A model generated the notes under the pieces. The model searched no databases and was not told the origin of the DNA. It worked only from the letters and a program-made list of their open reading frames with translations. A stretch of DNA of 36,843 nt. Source: Oculatellaceae cyanobacterium bins.114. Its GTDB lineage: Bacteria > Cyanobacteriota > Cyanobacteriia > Elainellales > Elainellaceae. This document shows positions 8,956 to 19,282 of this stretch, piece after piece. Position numbers and translations under genes: made by a program. The stretch covers positions 1 to 36,843 of the forward strand of contig JANRJA010000061.1 of NCBI GenBank assembly GCA_033764315.1. The letters run 5' to 3'. Within the stretch, counting starts at the first letter, position 1. Every line of letters starts with the position of its first letter.

Positions 8956-9904
8956 TGTGCTTGCCTAAAGCCACTAATACTGACCCTACAATAACGAAAA
9001 CGATGCCACATAAGCCCAACAGAGTGATGCGTTCAGGGGGCAACAGATTGGGAACAACTTCGGCGATCGCCCAACTCATGCCCAGGGTGATGATCGGAGT
9101 CAGGGCAATCACTGCACTGACTTTTGAAGCATCCCAGTGCTCTAACGATTCTGAAAACGCGCCATAGGCAAAAATGGTGTTGAATCCGCAAAAGATCAAC
9201 AGAGCTATGCCAAGTGGGCTAAGCATCAACAATCGTTGGGGGTCTGCAAACGGTGTAAACAACAGTGTACAGATGCCATAAATTCCTAGCATGATATGAG
9301 TAGACGGTAGACTGTGAAGCAATTGTTTCTGAGCCAGGGCATAAATCGCCCAGGCGATCGCTGCAACGACAATCCAACCGCTACCGATTAAATAGTCAGG
9401 TGAACTAGTTATGAGGGTTCGCAGTTGTTCTTTAAAGAAGAGCGTAAACCCACAAACGAGGACTCCTACGCCCATCCACTGATAGCGGGTATAGCGTTCT
9501 TGAAACAGGGCGATCGCCCCTAACCCTAATAACAGTGGAGAGAGTTGAATCAAGACTTCAGTGTTGCCCGGTGAGGTGCGAGCTAACCCTAGCAGATAAA
9601 ATAGATAATCACCGGCTAAGCCGAGGGCAGCGATGATCAATAGCCAGAGTTGGGGCGATCGCGTCAAGATAGCTCCACAGATTGCCTTAAAGTCAACGGC
9701 TTGAGTTGCAAAGGGTTGACGAATTCGCAGATACAGGGCCAACAGCCCAAACGACATGAGAAAGCGAAACCATATCAGAGTATAGACATCTAACTCTTGC
9801 AAGATCACGACCTCTGCGACAGGTAAAACACCCCATAGCGCAGTGGCGGCAAGCGCAAGGGTTAACCCCAACTGCCACCGCCCAGAACTTTGATGTAGCA
9901 ACAT
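8948..9904 (-). CDS. DMT/EamA family transporter
   Basis: About 10 hydrophobic segments in two repeats, with LWGVLP, WFRF and AYGAFSESLEHWDASKVSAV. Confidence 0.9.
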   Translation of the reverse strand: MLLHQSSGRWQLGLTLALAATALWGVLPVAEVVILQELDVYTLIWFRFLMSFGLLALYLRIRQPFATQAVDFKAICGAILTRSPQLWLLIIAALGLAGDYLFYLLGLARTSPGNTEVLIQLSPLLLGLGAIALFQERYTRYQWMGVGVLVCGFTLFFKEQLRTLITSSPDYLIGSGWIVVAAIAWAIYALAQKQLLHSLPSTHIMLGIYGICTLLFTPFADPQRLLMLSPLGIALLIFCGFNTIFAYGAFSESLEHWDASKVSAVIALTPIITLGMSWAIAEVVPNLLPPERITLLGLCGIVFVIVGSVLVALGKHND

Positions 9905-10034
9905 AAAAACCTCATTTCATCGGCAGAGTGACCTTTTTGGGGAACACTCATCACCGCTGTAGTGTAGAGGTCAAGCAGAGGGGGAATCTTGTAAATTTGT
10001 GCGATTATTGCCGATTCTTGCGATCGAGATGTCA

Positions 10035-10895
10035 CTACTCGCTGTTATTGCCTGTATTCATAGCCGTCAACACGGCTTGCTGGCTCACTTGCCCATAAAC
10101 TGACTTCAAATAATCCATCGTCAGTTGGGCATTGGTGACGGCAGCATTTCCCGCTCCTTCCTTAAAAGGAATTGTGCCCAAAATGTCTAACACGGTTTCA
10201 CTGCTAGGAGGAGGCGCAATTACGACTAGAGAGGGTTCAAGTTGAGCGTCATACTCCCAAAAATGGTCAAGATTGATGGAGGGGTGAGTTTGAGTCGAGG
10301 GCGGTGCTTCTTCAGAGATGACCCCATCGGGGGAACTGCCACGCATCGTCTCAGTGGCATCGGTCGATGTGCTGCGAAATTGACGCAGGGCATTAATAAT
10401 TTGGTCTTTGGTGCGTCCCCGCAGTTGAAATAGCACAAACGGATCTTCACTAAAGCGATCGCCCAAGACGTAATAGACAGCTCCAATATGTTTGCAAGGG
10501 TTTGCCGGATCAGGACAAGAGCACTTGCTGTGGATGTCAAACTTAGTAAAGGGAAACAGGCTCAACCCATTCGACGTAAAGACCTCTTCAATATTTTGGG
10601 GCATTTCTCCAGCCAGCAATTTGGCGGAGAAAATGGCTCGTTCTGCCATTGCCTCAATCACATACTGCCACTGCTCATCAGCAAATGGATCGAGCGATAA
10701 CGCCACTTTATAAGGTTCTGGAGCAGTTCCCTGGACGAGGGCTGAGACTTTAGATCCTTTGAAATCAATATTTAAGACGTTGCCCTGTCGCGCATAGTTA
10801 CGAGCCCGCTCCAGTCGGCGTCGCCAGCCAAACGACTCTAAAACATCAATCCAGCGTTGTGCCCACCATTCGCGATTGGGTTGAACCTCAACCAT
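10035..10895 (-). CDS. SWIM zinc finger protein (SNF2 partner)
   Basis: CSCPDPANPCKH (CxCx6CxH), RLERARNYARQG and DPFVLFQLRG. Confidence 0.93.
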   Translation of the reverse strand: MVEVQPNREWWAQRWIDVLESFGWRRRLERARNYARQGNVLNIDFKGSKVSALVQGTAPEPYKVALSLDPFADEQWQYVIEAMAERAIFSAKLLAGEMPQNIEEVFTSNGLSLFPFTKFDIHSKCSCPDPANPCKHIGAVYYVLGDRFSEDPFVLFQLRGRTKDQIINALRQFRSTSTDATETMRGSSPDGVISEEAPPSTQTHPSINLDHFWEYDAQLEPSLVVIAPPPSSETVLDILGTIPFKEGAGNAAVTNAQLTMDYLKSVYGQVSQQAVLTAMNTGNNSE

Positions 10896-11068
10896 AGTCC
10901 CTCAAGCCTTTGTATATCACACGCTAAATCTGACGTTGCTGATCGAATGTGTGGAGGTTGTCAGGGCGTTTTGCAGACAGTCCCTTTGCGAACAGTCCCT
11001 GCTGTCACAATCAACGTCTATGAATCATACCTGGATTCAGCAATGCCCTAAATCTATCACGCGCTAAA

Positions 11069-11869
11069 TCATTCACGGACGAGATTTTCGACTCCTAGTT
11101 GAGTTTCATCGGGCACTGCCCAACGACCGCTCATGGTGTTGTCGGCGATCGCAAACGCCATAACGCCAAAGCCACCAGAGTCGCCCCAACTGACCGCTAA
11201 CCAGTCACCAGAGCGCAACCCAACTCCTGTGTAAACATCACTGGCAACCCTCCAGGTCAACTGATAGGTTTCGCCAGTCTGTCGAACTTCTAGTGTACCG
11301 TCATAGCCACCGTCGTTGCCGGGGTTTGTACCCTCGATTTGATATGTGCCTGCCAAGTCCCCGTTGCTCTTGGTAGCAGTTTCTGTTCCCAGGCGTCCTT
11401 CTGAAGAAGGCAAGGTCCACCGTCCTTCTAAAGTGCCATTGGCTTGAATGCGATAAATGGCGACTCCATAGGTTCCTGAGTCAGTGCCAGACCCCACAAA
11501 AAGCTGATCATCAACCAGAAACCCAGTGCCGTCATAGGTGCCAAGTGAGCTATCCCACGTGAACCGATACACCTCTCCGAGAGGTTGAATGTTGACGCTG
11601 CCATTGTAGGATGTACCATCAATGCCACGAGCCTCACTAATGTTCCAGACTCCTGTGATATCAGTGTTGCTGGCTAAAGCGGTTGCGCCTGGTTGGGGTG
11701 AGACTGATTGGGGTGAGTTAGCTGGAGCAGCCCCATCAGCAGGCGAGAGAGAGGGCTTGATCAGCGTTGCAGCATCAGTTGTAGAGGGGGTAGATACTTT
11801 ACAGCTTGCCGTCGTCAGGACAAATCCTACTGTGAGCAGAGCAGACATCCAAAGGGTAAGCTTCATCAT
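11069..11869 (-). CDS. Hypothetical lipoprotein with two tandem ~100-aa beta-rich repeats
   Basis: Lipobox-like TASC and an S/P/A linker, then DITGVWNI...YNGSV...YRFTW...YDGTG...LEGRW and DLAGTYQI...YDGTL...YQLTW...YTGVG...MSGRW. Confidence 0.8.
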   Translation of the reverse strand: MMKLTLWMSALLTVGFVLTTASCKVSTPSTTDAATLIKPSLSPADGAAPANSPQSVSPQPGATALASNTDITGVWNISEARGIDGTSYNGSVNIQPLGEVYRFTWDSSLGTYDGTGFLVDDQLFVGSGTDSGTYGVAIYRIQANGTLEGRWTLPSSEGRLGTETATKSNGDLAGTYQIEGTNPGNDGGYDGTLEVRQTGETYQLTWRVASDVYTGVGLRSGDWLAVSWGDSGGFGVMAFAIADNTMSGRWAVPDETQLGVENLVRE

Positions 11870-11949
11870 GAGCTGTAATTTACTCTCTAAACATAAATAG
11901 CTCTCACTAGACTAACGCCTTTCCCTCTTATCCCTCTATCTCCCTGTCT

Positions 11950-14900
11950 TTAGCTAGTGCTGTCATCAATCACGGCTGTGCGATCGAGCAACAAGAGGTT
12001 TCGCAGTTGCTCGGTATCCAATTCGGTGAGCCAGTTTTCGCCAGTGCCGACGATTTGTTCTGAGAGGGCTTTTTTGCTTTCGATCAGATCGTGAATCCGT
12101 TCCTCCAAGGTGCCGTTGCAGACAAATTTGTGCACCTGGACGTTGCGAGTTTGCCCAATCCGAAAGACACGATCGGTTGCCTGATTCTCTACGGCTGGGT
12201 TCCACCAGCGATCAAAGTGAAAGACATGATTGGCACGGGTCAAGTTTAAACCCACCCCTCCAGCTTTTAGCGACAAGATAAAAATACGCGGAGCTTGGGG
12301 ATCATTTTGAAAGCGATCGACCATTTCCTCTCGCTGTTTTTTAGATGTGCTGCCATAGAGAAATAAGATTTCACGGTTGAACTGCCGACCCAAATAGGTT
12401 TGCAGCAGTTTGCCCCATTCAGCAAATTGCGTAAAGATCAAAGCGCGATCGCCCTCTAACAGCAACTCTTCTAGCATTTCGGTGAGGCGTAAGAGTTTGC
12501 CAGACCGGGTCTGAAAGACGGAAGACTCCAAGCTGAGGGTGACATCTGCCTCATGGGTTGGTTTTTTGTCAGCGTTCTGCCCACTGCCTTCGTCGCTTTT
12601 TAACAAGTCGGGGTGATTACAGACTTGTTTTAACCGGACTAACAACGCCAAGATTTTGCCGTGTCGCTGAATGCCCTCAGCCGATTCAATATCCACCAAG
12701 GATTGATCAACCAATCGTTGATAGATTGCGGCTTGCTCTGCAGTTAAGCCACAAAAAACGGTCATCTCCTGTTTATCGGGCAGGTCTTGAATGATGGTGC
12801 GATCGGTTTTGAGACGTCGCAAAATAAAAGGTTGAACGAGCGATCGCAAGGTTTGCAGAGAGGCTGTATCCCCATATCGCTCAATCGGTACGGCAAATCG
12901 GCGTTGAAAGAAGTTTTTGGGTCCCAAGTAGCCAGGGTTCAAGAAGTCTAAAATGGACCACAACTCTGCTAGACGGTTTTCGACAGGGGTTCCGGTTAAG
13001 GCAATCCGAAACTGCGTGTTGAGTTGGCGTACTGCCTGCGATTGCTTGGCTTCTGAGTTCTTAATGTTTTGCGCTTCGTCTAACACCACTCCCTGCCAGG
13101 TTACGCCCTGCAAATCTTTGGCATCTCGATAAACCAATGGATAGCTAGTGATGACCAACTGTTTGCCTTGAATAGCTCTTGTAAAGTCTTTGCCCTGAGC
13201 ACGTTTGTCTCCGTGATGCACCAACACGCTTAAGCTGGGTCCAAACCGTTTGACCTCCCGTTCCCAGTTGCCCAAAACCGACGTAGGGCAAACCAGTAAG
13301 GTGGGTTGTTCTAGCGTTCCCTGCTCTTGCAAGTGCAGCAAGAGGGCAATGAGCTGAATCGTTTTACCCAACCCCATGTCGTCGGCAAGACAAGCACCCA
13401 AGCCCCACTTTTCGAGAAAGGCCAACCAGGAGGCTCCTCGCACCTGATAAGGGCGCAGTTCTCCCCGAAACCCTGTCGGGACAGGAATCGGATCAACACT
13501 CTGGTTGCCCGTGGTGAGGGTGTTGATTAATTCATGCAGAGCACCCGATGCCTCAAAGTTGACAACAGGCAATTTCTCAATTGTTTGAGTGTCTCCAGTG
13601 CTAATGCGCAGGGCATCTTCGAGCGACAAAGCCATCTGATCTTTGCGGCTTGCAAAAAAGCTTTGCGCCGCTCGCACATCTTGAGGACGCAATTCGACCC
13701 ATTCCCCATTCACCTCAACAAGGGGAGTTTTGAGGGCAACCAGCCGATCAAACTCTTCTTTTGAGAGCCGTTGGCCGCCAATGGTTAATTCCCACTTGAA
13801 ATTTAACAAGCTTTGTAAGCCCAACCGTTGATTGCTCTTGAGTGGGGCAGCGGCGCGGACACTTAACCCCAAACGGCTTGCCCAGCCCTGTTGATTGGAA
13901 AGACTGCCAGGAAGAACAACCCCAAAGCCACTGTCTTGTAATCGCCATGACACGCTTTTGAGAAAGTCATAGACCTGCATCGGGTTTAACCGACACGATT
14001 GTGGCTGGGATACTTGCAGACTAGGTTCCAGCACTGGGTAGAGCCGTGAGGCTAAGCCTAACCCGGCTAACAACGTTTCTTGGGGGCGATCGATGGTACG
14101 TCCCAGATATACCAAACGCTCCACTGGATTTTGCCAGATGGTTTTGGCACTGACCAAAAAACCAGGATCACTGGCGGATTGCAAAAAATACTCTAGAACC
14201 CAATCAGCTTGCCCATAGGAGGGAGTTTGCAGATAGAAACAGGTGCGAAATGAGGCCAGACTATGGCTGAGTTGATGCTGGATGGGGGCAGTCCACTGGG
14301 CGATCGCTGTTTGTAAGCGTTCCAGTTTGGCAGACTCAGCCGTGAGTTGAAGGTCGTTGCCCAAGGCTTTGAGCCAATCTCGTAAGATGGGTTCCTTAAG
14401 TGTTTGAGGATTGCTCGCGAGGGCTGAGACAACGGTGCTCTGCACCACCCCTCGAAGCTGAGCATCGATCGTGGCTTGCAAAAAGTTAAACAACAGCGTT
14501 GAGGCGAGTGGAAAATGGGCTGTTTCAGGTGCGGCGTTAGGGACTTCTGGCACATTTAGATAGGTACGACAGACCACAGGCATCTGCTGAGTAAACTGCT
14601 CTAATCGTCCCTGGTCTGCCCCACTGTCTAGCAACGGTTGCCAATAGGTTGTGGCAACGCCCTCGATTTGTCGATCGACTTGGGGTAAAAACTTCGATCG
14701 CGCCAACAGATCCAGGCTCCAACGAGCCACATGCGACCAAAACCGCAAATCTCCTCCCAAAAATGATTCCTCTGCCCCCACTGAGCTGAGCGGCAATGAG
14801 TTGAGAAACTGAATGGCTTCTAGGGGAGTCAGCTTGATCCCGGTCACTAACCAGGATTGCAAGGTGGGAGGGGTGCTTGGGGGATCGGCTTCGGTATGAG

Positions 14901-15399
14901 TCGATGGGTCAACTGCTGCCGCAAGATGGGGAAGCTTGGCGGCGGAATGTTGGGGGATGGCAACGGTGGCTCCCGTTTCAGAGGTGCTTTGATAGGTTGG
15001 CAGGGCAACTGCTATGGTTTGCCAGCGGCCAGTGGCAGTTGTTACAGGAATCGGGGTCGTTTCTACGGTAGAGGTGGCTTTGCGCCGTCCCCGTTTTGCC
15101 CCAGATGGGCTGGTGTCAGTTGCAAGAGCCTCTAACGACACCTCAGCGATCGCCCAGTTGAGTTGTTTAGTGTGATGCAGCGATCGCAGCAAAGTAGTTA
15201 GCTCGGATGCTGTCATTGCAAACGGATGAGGTTGAGGCTGCTCAGACTGGGTAAATTCGGTAGAGTCAATTCTGCGCCAGATTTCGCCCCAAATTAAAAA
15301 ATAGCCCCCTCCTTGCCCCGAGTCTGATTCACCAAGGGCAGCAGGTGCTGAGGGCTGACGTTGAGGCTGAATGAGCCAACTTCCGTGTAAAATTGCCAT
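11950..15399 (-). CDS. SNF2-family helicase/ATPase (DUF3670-type N-terminal region)
   Basis: LRPYQ, LADDMGLGKT, DEAQNIKN, TGTPVEN, SLKAGGVGLNL and QATDRVFRIGQ. Likely start is MAILHGSW at 15399. Confidence 0.95.
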   Translation of the reverse strand: MAILHGSWLIQPQRQPSAPAALGESDSGQGGGYFLIWGEIWRRIDSTEFTQSEQPQPHPFAMTASELTTLLRSLHHTKQLNWAIAEVSLEALATDTSPSGAKRGRRKATSTVETTPIPVTTATGRWQTIAVALPTYQSTSETGATVAIPQHSAAKLPHLAAAVDPSTHTEADPPSTPPTLQSWLVTGIKLTPLEAIQFLNSLPLSSVGAEESFLGGDLRFWSHVARWSLDLLARSKFLPQVDRQIEGVATTYWQPLLDSGADQGRLEQFTQQMPVVCRTYLNVPEVPNAAPETAHFPLASTLLFNFLQATIDAQLRGVVQSTVVSALASNPQTLKEPILRDWLKALGNDLQLTAESAKLERLQTAIAQWTAPIQHQLSHSLASFRTCFYLQTPSYGQADWVLEYFLQSASDPGFLVSAKTIWQNPVERLVYLGRTIDRPQETLLAGLGLASRLYPVLEPSLQVSQPQSCRLNPMQVYDFLKSVSWRLQDSGFGVVLPGSLSNQQGWASRLGLSVRAAAPLKSNQRLGLQSLLNFKWELTIGGQRLSKEEFDRLVALKTPLVEVNGEWVELRPQDVRAAQSFFASRKDQMALSLEDALRISTGDTQTIEKLPVVNFEASGALHELINTLTTGNQSVDPIPVPTGFRGELRPYQVRGASWLAFLEKWGLGACLADDMGLGKTIQLIALLLHLQEQGTLEQPTLLVCPTSVLGNWEREVKRFGPSLSVLVHHGDKRAQGKDFTRAIQGKQLVITSYPLVYRDAKDLQGVTWQGVVLDEAQNIKNSEAKQSQAVRQLNTQFRIALTGTPVENRLAELWSILDFLNPGYLGPKNFFQRRFAVPIERYGDTASLQTLRSLVQPFILRRLKTDRTIIQDLPDKQEMTVFCGLTAEQAAIYQRLVDQSLVDIESAEGIQRHGKILALLVRLKQVCNHPDLLKSDEGSGQNADKKPTHEADVTLSLESSVFQTRSGKLLRLTEMLEELLLEGDRALIFTQFAEWGKLLQTYLGRQFNREILFLYGSTSKKQREEMVDRFQNDPQAPRIFILSLKAGGVGLNLTRANHVFHFDRWWNPAVENQATDRVFRIGQTRNVQVHKFVCNGTLEERIHDLIESKKALSEQIVGTGENWLTELDTEQLRNLLLLDRTAVIDDSTS

Positions 15400-15671
15400 G
15401 CCATTAATCTTGGAGCAGCGATGTCGTAAAACAATCCCCGGAAATGAGAGGGCTTTTAATCTCAGACCCAATTTTCCGGGGTGATGCAGTCCTATCTGCA
15501 ATGCTGGCTTTTATTGTACAACCTGTGATTTGAGGTTGGTGCAGGGGAAGGGGAAAGAATGAAGAGTGAAAGGAGAAGGAAGAACGGCTCAAGGCTAAAT
15601 CAGGAAGGCTGAAAGACAGGACTCAAAAAAGAATCGTACTTGAGATCTTGATCATCCTTGTGTTTTCCTTA

Positions 15672-15791
15672 GTACTGCTTTTCACAGATAGGGTTCGGCA
15701 ATAAAACCAAGAGGGTGTGGGGGCTGTGCCCCCAGCCAGGGGTTTCACCCCTGCACCCCAAACTCCCACCCCTATTTACAACGAGTTGTAC
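15672..15791. mobile_element. MITE-like element with internal GC hairpins
   Basis: Imperfect 22-bp terminal repeats (GTAC...ATAGGG, 14/22), flanked by TTA on both sides. Internal hairpins GGGGGC-TGT-GCCCCC and CAGGGGT-TTC-ACCCCTG. Confidence 0.6.
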
Positions 15792-15825
15792 TTAGCTTTG
15801 ATGTTTGCCTTTTCTTACTGATCTC

Positions 15826-15938
15826 CCGCGATGTGCAATTTAGGGGTTTAGATCCCCGGTTTCTCGTTGGAGATGATCGAAAGGGGCTGAGTTACATTCC
15901 TAGAAAACGGGGATCTGGAATAGTCGCACATCGGGGTT
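15826..15938 (+). repeat. Dispersed nested-palindrome repeat, copy A
   Basis: CGCGATGTGCAA...AGATCCCCGGTTTCT...AGAAAACGGGGATCT...GTCGCACATCGGGGT. Homologous to copies at 22958, 26730 and 30814. Confidence 0.85.
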
Positions 15939-15990
15939 TGCTGATCTCACGCGATGTGCAACTAACATTTCCCGCATCCCTCTTTTTTCT

Positions 15991-18150
15991 CTATTCTGTT
16001 ACGGCCTCTCGTGCTGCTGCCGCTTCGTCAGGGTGGATGCCTAAACGAGTCAGGTTAATCCGACCGCGACTGTCAATCTCACGGACTTTGACAATCACTT
16101 CGTCTCCGACGGCAACTTCATCTTCGACTCTACCAACGCGATAGTCTGCCAGTTGTGAAATGTGAATCATGCCCTCTTTGCCCGGTAAAAACTCCACAAA
16201 TGCCCCGATTGGGATAATGCGAGTTACCTTACCGACATAGACATCCCCAGCACTGAGTTTGCGGGTCATGCCTTCGATGATTCCACGGGCTTGCTTTGCC
16301 TTCTCACCATCGACTGCCGAGATGGTCACCGTTCCATCATCTTCGATATCGATTTTGGCTCCAGTTTGTTCGGTAATGCCTTTGATGGTCTTACCCCCAG
16401 GGCCGATGATCATACCGATCAGCTCAGGATCAATCTTGATCGTGAGTAGACGAGGGGCAAAGGGTGACAGGTTAGTACGAGGCTTGTCGATCGCCTCCAT
16501 CATCTTGCTGAGAATGTGAACCCGCGCCTCTTTTGCCTGGTTAATGGCATCCGCGACAATGGCGATCGGCAAACCATTAATTTTCATATCCATTTGCAAG
16601 GCAGTAATGCCGGCATCGGTGCCTGCCACTTTGAAGTCCATGTCACCCAGAAAATCTTCGATGCCTTGAATATCGGTGAGAATGCGGACCTCATCCCCTT
16701 CTTTAATCAAGCCCATCGCGGCTCCACTGACTGGCTTAGTAATCGGAACACCTGCATCCATCAATGCCAGAGTTGACCCACATACCGACCCCATTGAGGT
16801 AGAGCCATTAGAGGAAAGCACCTCAGAGACCACCCGAATCACATAGGGAAACACTTCTCTGGGCGGTAACACAGGCATGATTGCCCTTTCTGCCAGAGCA
16901 CCATGCCCTACCTCACGCCGACCGGGCGATCGCATGGGTTTGGTTTCACCCACCGAATAAGGCGGCATGTTGTAGTGGTGCATGTAGCGTTTTTGCTCAT
17001 CGGGATGCAGATCATCCAACTCTTGCGCCTCACCTGGAGTGCCCAGAGTCACCACTGACATCACCTGCGTTAATTCCCGTTGAAAGAGCGCACTGCCATG
17101 CACACGAGGTGGCAAAATTCCGGTTCGGCAGCTAATCTTACGGACCTCATTGAGCTTTCGACCATCGACTCGCACGCCATCTTCGATGACCTGACGACGC
17201 ATCAAGGTTTTAGTCAGACTCTTAAAAGAACCGGACAAATTGCGAGAATCTGCCTCTGTAACGGTGCGAATGGGGTCTTCTGCGGGCAAGGTGGCGATCG
17301 CCGTAGCAATCTCACTCTTAATCGCATCCAAAGCCTCATCTCGCTGAGTCTTGGTGTATTCAAAGCGACTCAAGATCTGTTTGATCTCGCCCGTAGCCCG
17401 TTCAGCAATAAATTGCCCCAACTGCTCGATGGCTGGGTCTTTTTCTGGCTCTGCTAGTGACACGACATCAATGCCGATCTCTGCCAACAGGTCACGTTGA
17501 GCTTGAATCAAATCTCGAACCGCTTCGTAACCGAAATCAATTGCTTCAATAATGTCTTGCTCGGGTAGCTGATTAGCCCCGGCTTCTACCATAATCACCC
17601 CTTCCGGTGAGCCAGCCACAATCAAATCAAGATCGCCCACTTCAATTTCACTGTAAGTGGGGTTAATAATAAAGTCGTCTCCAATCAACCCGACTCGCAC
17701 GGCTGCCATTGGACCATTAAACGGAATTTGAGCCAACAGAGTAGCGATCGAAGCACCTGTCACGGCTAACACATCTGGAGGCACCCGCTCATCCATTGAC
17801 AATGTAGTTGCCACGATTTGAATGTCATCTCGCAACCAGTTTGGAAACAGGGGACGCATTGGGCGATCGACTAATCGACTAATGAGTGTTGCCTTTTCGG
17901 GAGGTCGTCCCTCACGTCGTAAAAAACCACCCGGAATGCGACCTGCCGCATACAAACGCTCTTCGTAATCCACTAACAGGGGCAAAAAATCAATTCCCTC
18001 GCGGGCAGCGGCTCGCGTTGCCGCAACAAATACTGCTGTGTCTTCTGATTGAACCAATACGGAACCGCCTGCTTGCGGTGCAAGCAGACCAATTTTCAGC
18101 CGAATATCCCGTCCATCAAAGGATATTGACTTATCTATTTCTTTCACCAT
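15991..18150 (-). CDS. pnp: Polyribonucleotide nucleotidyltransferase (PNPase)
   Basis: [33 protein letters not shown] and [12 protein letters not shown], followed by KH (IIGPGGKTI) and S1 domains. Start MVKEIDK at 18150. Confidence 0.98.
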   Translation of the reverse strand: MVKEIDKSISFDGRDIRLKIGLLAPQAGGSVLVQSEDTAVFVAATRAAAREGIDFLPLLVDYEERLYAAGRIPGGFLRREGRPPEKATLISRLVDRPMRPLFPNWLRDDIQIVATTLSMDERVPPDVLAVTGASIATLLAQIPFNGPMAAVRVGLIGDDFIINPTYSEIEVGDLDLIVAGSPEGVIMVEAGANQLPEQDIIEAIDFGYEAVRDLIQAQRDLLAEIGIDVVSLAEPEKDPAIEQLGQFIAERATGEIKQILSRFEYTKTQRDEALDAIKSEIATAIATLPAEDPIRTVTEADSRNLSGSFKSLTKTLMRRQVIEDGVRVDGRKLNEVRKISCRTGILPPRVHGSALFQRELTQVMSVVTLGTPGEAQELDDLHPDEQKRYMHHYNMPPYSVGETKPMRSPGRREVGHGALAERAIMPVLPPREVFPYVIRVVSEVLSSNGSTSMGSVCGSTLALMDAGVPITKPVSGAAMGLIKEGDEVRILTDIQGIEDFLGDMDFKVAGTDAGITALQMDMKINGLPIAIVADAINQAKEARVHILSKMMEAIDKPRTNLSPFAPRLLTIKIDPELIGMIIGPGGKTIKGITEQTGAKIDIEDDGTVTISAVDGEKAKQARGIIEGMTRKLSAGDVYVGKVTRIIPIGAFVEFLPGKEGMIHISQLADYRVGRVEDEVAVGDEVIVKVREIDSRGRINLTRLGIHPDEAAAAREAVTE

Positions 18151-18384
18151 GCCGTGAGTTTCCCTTTCGTGCCTCATTTTTTCTTTCTGTCGCAATCGTA
18201 GCACTGATATCCAAAGGCTGCGGTTGCATTACGTAACTCCAAGAAATGTGTTGAGTTAATTGTTTAACTAATTTAAAACTCTCAGAATCACAATCTCACT
18301 TGAATTATTAATTAACTACATCTAAAACGTCCATTAAGACTCATTTAGAATTTAGGGTTTTTGAGTATTGATTTACCTGGGAAT

Positions 18385-18547
18385 GATGCTTCCTTTGGCG
18401 GCGTTTCTCAATCGCATCGGGTAGTTGAGAAATGCGGATAAAGTAAGCCGAGTCAGGTTTTGAAAGGGAATAGAACCGCCTTGGCAGGACGCTTAGAGCA
18501 CAACCAGGAAGTGCTAATTCTCCTCGGTCTGCCACTTTTGAAGCGGC
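18385..18547 (-). ncRNA. ssrS: 6S RNA (cyanobacterial 6Sa); ends approximate
   Basis: The minus strand reads GCTTC-AAAA-GTGGCAGACCG...CCAAGGCGGT...AAAACCTGACTCGG...CCGATGC...GAAACGCCGC...GAAGC. These blocks match cyanobacterial 6S RNA as I recall it, and the termini pair (GCTTC/GAAGC, GTGGC/GCCGC). Confidence 0.8.
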
Positions 18548-18706
18548 GAATGATTGAAGTACGAGGAGTGTGATAGAGCGGTGTTAACGAGCAACAATTC
18601 GTTAGAACTGCCGTATGTATCGAACGTTTATGTGTATAAAAGTGTTAAGGGTAAATCACTGTAATCTGCAACAATTTAGGTCGCGATCGCCCCTGTTTGT
18701 TTGGCG

Positions 18707-19282
18707 TTAAGTCGGGACTTGTTCTTTAATCTCCATCTGTTCCCACCAGCGATTGAGGGGGTAATAGACAGCGGGTGCCCACAAACTACTCAGAATGGCT
18801 GAACTCAAAGCAATCCGTTGATGATAAAACCAAATTTCTGACAGGGTGCGGTTAGCGAGTGCTGAGTTGCCACCAAACCCAGAGAGGCTAAATTGAATAG
18901 CGGTAACCGTTTCAGCAATCACTGCCATGCCAAAAACAATGAGAGCAACTGAGATAAAGTCTTCTTGCACATACCGTTGTTTTTGTAGACGAGCCGTGAG
19001 AAACCCCACGATCGCCAAACTGAGAGCATGGGTCGGATAAGGCGCAGTCATGCCATCTTGAATCAAGCCCAACACCAATCCAGCGATCGCCCCCTGCCAG
19101 GATGAGCGTTTTACACTCCATGCCACCACCCAGATCAGCAACCAATTTGGCCCCACACCCAATAGTTGCATCCCTGGAAAGCGAGTCGGCAAAATAAACA
19201 GACACAACAAAACAGAGCCAGCGGTCACTCCCCAATTGAGGAGTTGACGAAAATAAGGACTCCAGGCAGACGAGTTAATCAT
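18707..19282 (-). CDS. mreD: Rod shape-determining protein MreD
   Basis: Hydrophobic, with PNWLLIWVVAWS...GLIQDG. Overlaps the mreC stop (ATGA). Confidence 0.93.
   Translation of the reverse strand: MINSSAWSPYFRQLLNWGVTAGSVLLCLFILPTRFPGMQLLGVGPNWLLIWVVAWSVKRSSWQGAIAGLVLGLIQDGMTAPYPTHALSLAIVGFLTARLQKQRYVQEDFISVALIVFGMAVIAETVTAIQFSLSGFGGNSALANRTLSEIWFYHQRIALSSAILSSLWAPAVYYPLNRWWEQMEIKEQVPT

Noticed and set aside
10035..15399. SNF2/SWIM as an anti-phage defence system
   Set aside because: No nuclease, methylase or other defence partner nearby. The context is housekeeping with plentiful HIP1 sites.
15400..15501. N-terminal extension of the SNF2 ORF (similar extensions on pnp, Anbu, kinase and cyclase)
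   Set aside because: Family-like sequence begins at downstream ATGs, and Anbu needs Thr at position 2.
15833..16144. 103-aa plus-strand ORF
   Set aside because: Made of the palindromic repeat plus antisense of pnp.
18341..18535. 64-aa ORF between mreD and pnp
   Set aside because: Coincides with the 6S RNA-like sequence and shows no protein motif.
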